Source: Mytilus edulis
Lineage: Eukaryota
Direction of reading: 5' to 3'
DNA length: 64,000 nt
Assembly (NCBI RefSeq): GCF_963676685.1
Contig: NC_092345.1
Coordinates: forward strand, 38,378,001-38,442,000
Shown: positions 39,701 to 51,700 of the stretch, in pieces
How the letters are laid out: each line of letters starts with the position of its first letter
How positions within the stretch are numbered: the first letter of the stretch is position 1
The notes under the pieces: generated by a model
The model's database searches: none
What the model saw: only the letters and a program-made list of their open reading frames with translations
What the model was told of the DNA's origin: nothing
Translations under genes and position numbers: made by a program

Positions 39701-42700
39701 TATATTTTTGAGATTTCAATACTCCCCCTATACCTCTCCCCAATGTAGAAAAAACAAATATCAATTTAGGTAAATTAATTTGAGCATGAACACTCACAGT
39801 CATGTGTAACCCCACCAAGTTCTATATGTAAAATTGAAAAAGGAAATGGGGAATACGTCAAAGCGACAACAACCCGACCATAGAGCAGACAACAGCCTAC
39901 TCTAAATTTTGTGCATATAGTTCAGTGGTTTTCATGGAGCTAAATTGACTAGGCTCCTCCCCGTAGATTATTTTTGGTTCAGATTTTATTAGAATGATAG
40001 TAATAATCGGCGGGTCCTGCAGATTATGTTTGGCTTGGATGTTATAATAATAATCGGCGGGTCCGGGATCCGCAGATTGTCCCGAAGATTGTCCCGCAGA
40101 TTATTTCGGAAGATTTCACAAATACATACGGAGATAACTATGCAAATTTAGAATGAATACTCATGAGATGAATAATTCAACAGATTAATATCTTGGTCTT
40201 CCGAACTCTCGTCATTAAAATAGAATGCGTTTTCTTCAACCATTATTCGTAATACATTTCAAGACTAAATAAGGTTTTTTGCTTACTCATATTCAAAAGT
40301 TTGTTGCTTATAATTCAGATTATTATAAACAGTGTCGCTATCGGGATTTTTTGCTTAAAAATGTTTAAGCATGAGTCCCTTTTAAAAATAAACTCTCAAC
40401 TGCTATCCTGATTTTGCAAAGTAATCTTTATAGTTTTGTTACGTTTATATGCTATAATAGGAACTTGGGTTAACAATTCACTTCATTGTTTTTCATTTTG
40501 CAGATTGTTCCAATACTTTCGTAATCTTAATAAAGTTTTTCACCATTTGGTTATATGTTGTAATGCGAGTAAGTGGGGATTTTTCTTGTATTTTTTTAAG
40601 TCGCCAAATTGAAGGACTAACGATTTATGTCCCCTAACTGTTTTATGCGTGTAAGAGAATCAGATTAAGTATGCGAATTAGATATGTGCGCATATAAAGT
40701 GCGTCTTTTTGAAATATCAGTGTTTAATTTCAATTCTCAGTGTGTTTTACATTTTTTTATAATCTCAATGTGTGTTTATGACTTTTATATTCGTAGTGTG
40801 TAATTTTTTTCAAAAATGGGTTGAAACATAGCTTTGACGAAATCGACTTGTCATAGACAACACATATTTCCGGAAATATCAATTTATTTGTCTTTATTAA
40901 TATTACTTTTAATTTTTGGTCTGGTTTTTTTTTGTGATATCCATTTGACGTGGTCGGTACTTATGCATCCTGTCAATGTGTTGTTCGTATTATCTATTTT
41001 TGCTAGTGTGCTTTGTCCGTGTGACTTTTTGTGTTTCTTTGATACATATACATGTAACGTGGCTCTGTATTTTCAACATCCCGTCATTATGTTTTTGTTC
41101 TATTATGATTTTTGCATACTTTGGTCGACAAAATTATATTATATCTCTACCTGAGTGACGTTTACATTCCGACTTCAAACGCGCGATTATACATCAGAGT
41201 TGATGTTAACCTAGTCATTCGGTAACATGACTTAAGATATTTCAAACCTTTATTGGTTAATTTTAACATACTTAAAAAAAAGTACAAAAATAAGTAAGAA
41301 TGAACGTGGTTGTTAAATTTGATAAATGACTTTTAGTGTTTCCTTGTTAAATATTTGTTTGTTTTTGTTCTGGTTGAGTTTTTGACACGGTGATGACTGC
41401 TGTACCCCTATTTTGACAATTTTGCCTATTATTTCTTTTTTTATTAACGCATTGCTGTCAATAAAATGGAATTTGATGCGATGGTCATACAAGTGAGAGG
41501 TTTAGCACTATAAAACCAGGTTTAATCCACCATTTTCTACATTAGAAAATGCCTGTACCAAGTCAGGAATATGACAGTTGTTGTCCATTCATTTGATGTG
41601 TTTGATCTTTTGTTTTTTCCATTGGATTAGGGACTTACCGTTTTGAATTTTCCTCGGATTTAAGTATTTTTGTGATTTTACTTTTTTTTTTTTAATATCA
41701 TCCGTAAACATCAGGCGACAAAGTGCATTTACATTTTAACATATTATAGTTCAGAATACGCATGTAATGCTAGGCCCTTAACCGTTGCCAGTGAAATTTA
41801 AATTTATTAACTTAAAGAAATAAACAAATAACTATTAAGCTTGAATGAATATTTAAAAAAATAATTAATATTTTTTTGATTAAAAAAAATAGCTGAATAT
41901 TTTACTATTTACCATTTGCCTTTTTAGAATACCATTACAAATTAGTTATCCAAGCTAATATCGAAAGTAGTCTTTGAGTTTTGCTTATTTAAGCCCTTAA
42001 AACAAGTTGAACAGAAAGAACCCATACTTACAAAAGCTTTATGATATCTAATCATTATATCTAGAATATGGATTTACTAGAAGAAAAAACAATTTGAGGT
42101 ACATTAACCTATGTAAAATAAATCTTTGTTTAAAGCAATGCAATTTTCCAACAAAAGATTAATATCTATTTTTTTTCTGATAGAGTTAAGCTTTGGCTAG
42201 TGACATATAGAATACTTATGTCGTATTGTGTATCAGCTTCTTAGTCGTAGTTGTCATTGTCTGGAGGCAATAGTGGGCACATGTATACCTTGGACAAGTT
42301 GCACATTTTGTTCTTCACGTCCCAATTGAAGGACCCTGTGATGAAATTACAGCTGTTACATACAATTGAGGATATGTGTTTAAAAGGGAACATCGTGTAA
42401 TTTTAGCAATCACATATAAAGTACTGATTAGAATTATTTTCAAAATTATCAGAAAGATGATAGAATAACTGTTTGCAATTGCAGGTTAATTGGGCATCAA
42501 ATGCCTCTAACCCAATGGGAGCTATACTATATAACACGTATAATGAATCAGATTTTAGTTATATGTCATCATTGTATAACTACTACGGAGGGGCAGGATA
42601 TGATAAACCTAATTCTACTAAGAATGCAAATCCAGAGTCTAAACTTTGGAAGACTAAATTAAACAGAATGTGGAGATTAGATCAAGGTATGGATTTCAAA

Positions 42701-45700
42701 TATATAATTCTTACATCAACAAGACGTATGACGGCGATTACACCTCCATTTTGTTGGTAGGGTTTAACCTTAATGTTTCTATGTTGCGTCTTGTGTACTA
42801 TTATTTGTCTGTTTGTCTGTTTCCATGTTTAGCCATGGCGTTATCTGTTCATATGTCCCTCTGGTATCTTTCGCCCCTCTTTTACAATGCTTTCCATACA
42901 TGTTTTTGGAATAACTATCTTGACCGAAAGTATATGAAGTCATTAATGAGTTACAATTTATGACAAAAATAAGCAAAGACCCATCGAAACAACATCTGAT
43001 AAACAAATTTAATAATACTTTTAGATATTTGGATGATATTTTGTCTCTCAATAATGACGACTTCAGTATGTATATTAATGAAATTTATCCTGTTGAACTT
43101 ACTTTAAATAAAGCTAATACTAACAATGACCACTGCCCTTTTCTCGATCTTGATATCTATATAACTAATGGAAAGCTGAATACTAAAATTTATGATAAAA
43201 GGGATGATTTTTCATTTCCTATAGTTAATTATCCGTTTTTAGATGGTGACGTTCCCTTGTCACCATCTTACGGTGTTTATATATCTCAACTTGTACGATT
43301 CGCTCGTGTATGTAACAATGTTTTAGATTTTAACGAGAGAAATTTATGTATTACTGAAAAATTATTACACCAGGGTTTTCGATATCACAAACTAGTCAAA
43401 ACATTTACTAAATTTTATCATCGGTATAAAGACATCATTCGTAAATATAGCTCAACATGCAGACTTCTAATACGTTCAGGTATTTCACATCCAATTTTTT
43501 ATGGTAATATTCTTTATAAAGCACAAAGGTGTCAGTATTCACCTCAGAAACTTACAAAACCTTTAAATAGACTTATTAAGAAGGGATATAATTACGATAC
43601 TGTTGTCAAGTCATTAAAGATTGCATATTTTGGCGTTAATATTGAGTCACTGATAAGGTCTTTGCATCGGAACTAAACACATTTATTCTAAAAACAGTTG
43701 TTGGCATGACACGGGTTATGTTCTTCTCATATATGTTATGATGGTATGATACTAAACCCCTAACGGGAAGGATTGTGCCTGATGTTCATATGATGAAATC
43801 ATAATCTTTCAGTCAGTTTAGTTGAAGTCTGGAGCTGGCATGTCAGTTAACTGCTAGTAGTCTGTTGTTATTTATGTATTATTGTCATTTTGTTTATTTT
43901 CTTTGGTTACATCTTCTGACATCAGACTCGGATTTCTCTTGAACTGAATTTTAATGTGCGTATTGTTATGCGTTTACTTTACTACATTGGTTAGAGGTAT
44001 AGGGGGAGGGTTGAGATCTCACAAACATGTTTAACCCCGCCGCATTTTTGCGCGTGTCCCAAGTCAGGAGCCTCTGGCCTTTGTTAGTCTTGTATTATTT
44101 TAATTTTAGTTTCTTGTGTACAATTTGGAAATTAGTATGGCGTTCATTATCACTGGACTAATATATATTTGTTTAGGGGCCAGCTGAAGGACGCCTCCGG
44201 GTGCGGGAATTTCTCGCTACATTGAAGACCTGTTGGTGACCCTCTGCTGTTGTTTTTTATTTGGGCGGGTTGTTGTCTCTTTGACACATTCCCCATTTCC
44301 ATTCTCAATTTTATTAATATCAACATCGAAAAGCATCACATAAAAGTGTAATAGGATCTTAATTTTATTAAATACCACAGCTCCGATTATATTTCATAGT
44401 ATGTGTAAGTGCTGGATGAAACAAATGGAATTCAAACATTGTTATTTTTCTTCTGAATTCAGTAATTCAAGACAAAATATATATCATCGTTTTTTGTAGT
44501 GTAACATCAAACTCACCAATAGAAAAAGATGTGGTATAAGTCACATTCACACAACTCTCTATCCAAGTCACAATGTTTAAAAAGTAAACCATCGTAGGTC
44601 AGAGTATGGCCTTTAACACGGAGCCTTGGCTCACAATGTTTAGCAAGCTATAAAAGGCACAAAACGACTAGTGTAAAACAATTCACAAAGAAAAATCAAG
44701 TCTAATCGGTTAAAGAAACGAAAATCACTTATGAACCACATCAACACACGACAACTACTGAACAACAAGTTCTTGACTTCAGACATGTGCAAAGAAATAC
44801 AGCGGGTATAATCGTTTTAAATAGTAGTATAATATTACATCATAGAAAGACACACTTTAAAAACTTTAAAAATATCAATTGAAATGACTCAACTCGATCA
44901 AAAAGAAATATTAATATAACATTTCTGTAAATATCACCCTTAAACAAAACGTCGCATTATCCACGAGTTTTGTGTACATATACTTTTCCTGGACTAAAAA
45001 ACAAATTTGAATTCCCTGTGTTCTTAAAAAGATCTTGAATTTTTTTTGATACGTATAGATGAAACAGATATGATTATTAAATTATCATCAATATATATGT
45101 TTATACTGGCTTTTATTTAGATTCGTGTAGATTTGTGCTAGAACTTGTGATGGAAAATTCGACTGCAAATACATCCTATGGTGCCCCACAGACCATTATA
45201 GTAGAATACAATGAACGACAGTCAGACGAAACTTCTCCTGCCGGTAAACACGCTGAAGTTTTTAAAATACAACCTTACACATGCATACATCACCTGTCAT
45301 TTATTCCTTTTTTTAAACGACTATATGTGTCAGTGGTTTCAATAAGTACGACAACGTCCAATATCGGGCGAAACCACCGTTCACACGATCATCGAAACAA
45401 ACCTACATATATATGGATACAATGTTGAATTCTTTGTAGATGTAGTTTTTGTCATTCCTGCTGCAAATGTTGAGCTAGTTCTAAACTGACGATACCATAA
45501 CGACCAATTATGTCCCAGATATGTTCAGTGGATACATTGGTGATGTATTTGCACCAGGAATTGGAAAAAGTTCTACAACAAAGTCAACAATAAGTAGACG
45601 GTTAGGATCGCTTATTCGGCATTGAACACTTTTGTGTTTTTTAATACCACTGGTGCATATTATTGTTTCCATTGAAATAGCGCAATTGAATTTTTCTTCT

Positions 45701-48700
45701 TAATAACACCCATAGTTATTTTTTCTCCAACATTTTTATTTTATTTATCCATGTACTCATGTCATGTCGATAACAAAAATTCAAAAGGTATATATACCTA
45801 TGGAGCCTCAAATAATATTTTATCTTATATTCTTTTAGTTTTTACACAAAACCAGGGTGGTGGGATACTTTTTTGAAGGTGTACACTTTAAAAAAAACAC
45901 AATGCTAAACACATCATTTATGCATTTTGGTCTAAACTTGTCCCAGTTCTAAAGGTGTTTACATGTATTGTGTTTAAATATTAACTACAATCCTTAACAC
46001 TTTCATACTTCAACATCTAATACAAAGGTTTAATTTCTAGGCACGAATTTAACAGTGTATATTTTGAAGATTGGGAATGATCTATCTTCAGACACCTTGT
46101 AATCTACTTAATAATTGAATCATTGCTCTATCTAAATCAGTTTGTTTTGGAATTTTGAGACAAACACTTATTGGTCACTTTGACTCGCAAATAATCTATG
46201 CCAGCTTCAGCTGTTTAGAATATAACGATATTATCATTACCATCATCAAATCTTGTTTGAAAACACACAAACGATACATAATGATGTATATACACTCCAC
46301 ATGTGTGTTTCGTATAAGTATGTGAACTCGTGTTCAAAGTTCGTTAAGCCTGCATTATTAGATATTTGGGAGCAATACAATCATCTTGGCCTAAATATAA
46401 AATCTAAAACCCATTTATGTGATCGTTGCCCCAAGTTTTTAAACAATTGTGCATTGAAATGTAGGAAATAGATAATTATGTAATTCATGTAAACATTCAA
46501 AACAAAAAGTACAGAATAAACAAAGCGTCTTTAGTTCCAGATCCCTTTTCGGTGCCCGTCAAGTCACTTATTTCTTATTGAATTATGTCATTAATTATTC
46601 GAAAGGACTTACTTGTTGCTACGATCAAACTTAATTGTTTTTTTTCATTCATCAACGATGCAATACAATGAATACAGAGCATATTTTCTAGCCTTTCGGA
46701 ACATCAGAAATCACTCGTTCAATCTGTAAATGTTGTCAAAACTTTTAAGCATGGAGCCTGTACTTTTCTCTTTGCACTCTTCAAAATTTTCTGTATTCAT
46801 AATGACTATAGTTCTAAATATCCGCACAACAGAGTTAAATCTGCAAATTGGCGGAAGCAAATTTTTGTTCTTCCTTCATAAACTCATCATAGATACCAGG
46901 ACTAAATTTAGTATATATGCCAGACGCGCGTTTCGTCTACAAAAGACTCATCAGTGACGCTCGAATCCAAAAAAGTTAAAAAGGCCAAATAAAGTACGAA
47001 GTTAAAGAGCATTGAGGACCAAAATTCCTGAAGGTTTTGCCAAATATAGCTAAGGTTATCTATGCCTGAGGTAGAAAAGCCTTAGTATTTCAAAAAATTC
47101 AAATATTTGTAAACAGTAAATTTATAAATATAACCATATCAATGACAATTTATTTCAGCACAAAAAATGCTCGTTCTGCTTTGTTGTTAATACTTCCGCT
47201 TTATTTACTCTTGAACAAACCGAATTAATCAATTAGCTTTTGTTCGTTAATGTGAGGAACTAAGTTATCAATTTAATAGAAACGAACAGGTAAATAAATT
47301 AAATCCTGAAATCTAAAATTTAGAAACTTAATACTGGTAAAACTACCCACGCTCTTACAAAAAATAACTTATTTTCACGAAAAGTACAAGTTTTCGTACA
47401 AATGAACAAGTTTAACTATATCATTTAGGCTTTGAAGCAAGAGTTATTTTGAAGAGCAAGACACCAAGCCGTCTAGCGGAATCAATTTCTTACTACTTCA
47501 GTCCAGCAGTACCAAAATCAAACCGAAAGTGGTATTTGTCAAAAGTTGGTTATCTCGTTGATCCTACAAATGTCGTTCAGAATGGAAGTCAATATGTACA
47601 CGGTATAGTAATTTTTAGCTCACCTGACCTGAAAGGTCAAGTGAGCTTTTCTCATCACTTGGCGTCTGTCGTCCGTCGTCGTCGTCGTCTGTTAACTTTA
47701 ACAAAAATCTTCTCCTCTGAAACTACTGAGCCAAATTTAACCAAACTTGACCACAATCATCACTAGGATATCTTGTTTTAAAAATGTGTCTGATGACCCG
47801 CCTGCCAACCAACGTGGTCGACATGGCTAAAATTGAATATAGGGGTAAAATGCTGTTTTGGCTTATATATCTGAAACTAAAGCATTCAGAGCCAATCTGA
47901 CAAGGTGAAAAAAGTTTATGAGGTTAAGATCTATCCGCCTTGAAATTTTCAGACGAATCCGACAACCCGTTGTTTGGTTGCTTCCAACGAGTTGGTGATG
48001 TTAGGAAAGTTTGCAGTTTTTGGTTATTATCTTGAATATTGTTATAGATAGAGATAAACTGTAAACAGCAATAATATTCAGCAAAGAAAGATCTACAAAT
48101 AAGTCAATATTACCAAAATTGTCAGTGGACCCCTCAAGGATTAATTGCCCTTTATAGTAGGGATGGCAACGAGTACTCGTGTACTCGCTCGGAAGGCCGA
48201 AAACTCGAGTACAGTTTTAGTACTCAGATACTCGTTTGCCTGTTATACATCTTGATACAGTTATCTTCACATTTCCATTCGTTTAGTTCTGTTGATATAC
48301 CTCTTTCGTAATACTAAATAAAATCAATTAACAACATAAATATGTTTATCCTGAGGATTTTGTTATAGTAGTGCAAGCAATTGCAACTACCATTCCTTCC
48401 AAGTTAATGTTATCATGTGCACTACTTGTAAAAAAAATATAGAAAGTCAAACAGTCTTTTGTCTGAAATTGTTGACCAGATCATATTTCTAAACAAGAAC
48501 AAAATCCAAGTGACCTGAGGTGAACCCTATGCAACTGATTGGAGAAATTTTTAATGGTGTTGTACACGGATCAACACTTTCATGGATTGATAATTAACTC
48601 ATAAAAATTTACCTTTGTTTGTTAATCAAGACTTCTATGTAAACGTAATTGGTATGAGATGTACATTTAATCAATTTAATTTAATTACTCTGTTTTCGAA

Positions 48701-51700
48701 ACTTAACAATATTTTTTTTATTTACAATTTAGAGATAGGCGAAAGTACGAGAGTGACATTCAAACACAAAAGTCGAAAATCAACTGACAACGTCATGGCT
48801 AAAAAAAAGAAAATCAGACAAACGATTGTGCCAAAAAAAAAACAACTGAAAAATTAATACTGAGCAACACGAAAAAGCACAAGTAATTTGAAGTCCAATA
48901 TTGTTGTTGACAAATTAATGGAGAAGTCGTATTATAAAAAAAAATACCAACTCCTCATGCAGGAACAGATGATACATATAATGTCTACTTTGTCGGACTC
49001 TATATGCAAATATTTTTTTGGATTTTATTGGAATGTGGTTCATGAACATGTACACAAACGATAATTGCTATTATTATAGGTTATTTGTGAAAACTGCGGT
49101 CGGTAATTCATTGTTTAATTGACACAAAAACGACAGAGGAGCAAGCTATATTTGTAATACGTTTGTCTTTCATTAATATGTTTATGAAAGGTAATAACAA
49201 AAACACTGCATCCAACCTAAAATCTAAACTTTTCAATAAGCGTTTAAGATTACTCCGAGTACTCGCGAGTACACGAGTATCATGACCGAGTATCCGAGTA
49301 TTAAATTTCAGATCTTTTGACATCCCTACTTTATAGTCAATTTTTTAACAATTTTTCGTAAATTTTTGTAATCCCTTACAAAAATCTTCTCCTCTGAAAC
49401 TACTGAGACAAATTTAATAAAACTTTGTTACAATCATCACTAGGGTATCATGTTTAAAAATGTGTCCTGAATTTGTGATTTTTATGAAATTTTGCAGTTT
49501 TTATACGACAGCAAAAAATTAACAAAGTTTGGTCGTATATTGGTATCCCTTCGTCGTCGTCGTCGTCAGCGTCGTCCGAAGACAGTTGATTTCAGGATAA
49601 TAACTTTATTATAAGTTAATATAAATAAATAATATTTAAACACAAGGTTTATAACCATTAAAGAACAGTTGGGATTGATTGGGGGTTATGGTCCCAATTG
49701 GAATTAGGGGCCAAAAAAGGGGTTCAAATAAGCATTTTTTTGTAGATTCGAGACAAAAACTTGTGTTAAAGTGTGTGGATCTTTCTAAATTTGTACCACA
49801 AGGTTCCATAGCAAAAAAAGAAACGTTGGGACTGATGTTTTAGGTTATGGCCCAAACTGCTTAGGAATGAAGGGCCAAAAACAATACTTTTCTAATACTT
49901 GCATAAATTGCTTATTTATTGACCAATTTCAATTGGGTTTTATCTTTTAATTCTTGGGCTTCTTTAAAATGCTGACTCTAACAGTTTGTTAAGGCCCTGT
50001 TTTTAAATTGTCCACATTGAGGTCCAAATGGTCCAAAATTAAACTTTGTTTGATTTCAACAATAATTGTATAGATGGGGTTCTTTGATATGCTGAATCTA
50101 ACCATGAATTTATATTTTTTTTATCTTTGGCCCCTACATCAAATTGAGGTCAAAAGGGTCCAAATTTAAACTTTGTTTGATTTCCTCAAAATTTGAATTA
50201 TTGAGGTTCTTTGATATGCCGAATCTAACTGTGTACTTATATTTTTAATTATGGGTCCTGTTTTCAAATGGGTCTACATTAAGGTTCAAAGGGTCCAAAA
50301 TGAAACTTAGTTTGATTTAAAAAAAAAAATGAATTTTTGGGGTTCTTTGATATGCTGAATCTGAACAAGTATTCGGATTTTTAATTTTTGGGCCTCGTTA
50401 TCAAATTGGTTCACATTGAGGTCAAAGGGTCCAGAATTAAACTTTGTTTGATTTCAATAAAAATTGAATTATTGTGTTTCTTTGATATGCTGAATCTTAC
50501 TATGTATTTATATTTTGGATATTGAATATAGCTAAATTTGAAAATTTTAAGTTCAATATGACCCCGTTTATTCTGTGTCAGAAACCTATGCTGTGTCAAA
50601 TATTTAAACACAATCCAAATTCAGAGCTGTACCAAGCTTGAATGTTGTGTCCATACTTGCCCCAACTGTTCAGAGTTCGACCTCTGTGGTCGTATTCTAG
50701 CTGGAACAGTTTATTGGTTATTATAGATAGAGATAAACTGTAGACAGCAACAATGTTCAGCAAAGTAAGATCTACAAATAAGTCAACACGACCAAAATTG
50801 TCAGTCCACCCCTTAAGGAGTTATTGTCCTTTATAGTCAATTTTTAACAATTTTCCTAATTTTTTGTAATCTTTTACAATAATCTTCTTCTCTTAAACTA
50901 CTGAGACAAATTTAACCAAACTTAGCCATAATCATCATTAGGGTATCTAGTTTTAAAAATGTGTCCGATGACTTTTGTTGGGTTGCTGCCCCTGAGTTAA
51001 TAATTTTACGGAACTTTTGCAGTTTTCTGTCATCTTATATCTCATTATAGTATCTAATAATAGCTTATATCTAATACTATTAATTATTATTTTAATCTTA
51101 TTTTACACGATTTCCAAAGCATCAGTAAATACAGGTGAGCGACACAGTCTCTTAAGAGCCTCTAGATTATTTGTATATTTTGTTTTACAATAGCTGTTCG
51201 CAGAACAATGAATTAATTCCGCAAATACGCAATATTTTACAGCACAGACTAGTACAAAGTTTTTGTTGTTGAGGAAGAGACAAACATCACTAGAGAAATG
51301 AATATCGAAATAGCCCTTTCTTTGAAATATAACAAATTCGTGAGCATTTTGCTGTCTTAAAATATGTATCCTCAGACAACGCATGTGTTCGACACCATAC
51401 AAAAAGTTATCTTAAAACAAAGAAATCACAATATATTATAAGACATTTTTTTTCTCGAAAAGGTGAACAAACTAAGCTACATAGAAAATATTTCGAGTGA
51501 AAAAAAATCGATAGTCAAGTTAATGGTTTTTTTAATAAAAATATCTTGAATTAGTAAAGAATATAGTGCAAAAGAAGACTTTTATGTATTTTACAATACA
51601 TTGTAAAACATTTTGTTTTTGTAAAATAGGTATTGTATTCTCTCTACATGTTTATCTTTTAGCGGTTGATAATGGGGCATATTATATTGACGAGTCAGGA

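Larger units (their letters stand above)
42950..44314 (+). mobile_element. Young 5'-truncated Penelope-like element (Naiad-type) in intron 11
   Basis: Uninterrupted RT C-terminal half followed by a roughly 640-nt 3' region that ends in the common ...CCCCATTTCCATTCTCAATTTTAT terminus. Confidence 0.85.
47612..51166 (+). mobile_element. Helentron-associated non-autonomous element (HINE/pearl-like) hosting two nested insertions
   Basis: T-tract start, subterminal IR CTCACCTG...CAGGTGAG (51132-39), (GTC)n microsatellite, internal long tandem units and a short 3' hairpin. Confidence 0.75.

Noticed and set aside
49990-50500. CRISPR-like periodic repeats
   Set aside because: Eukaryotic context; the units are degenerate tandem repeats inside a HINE, without unique spacers.
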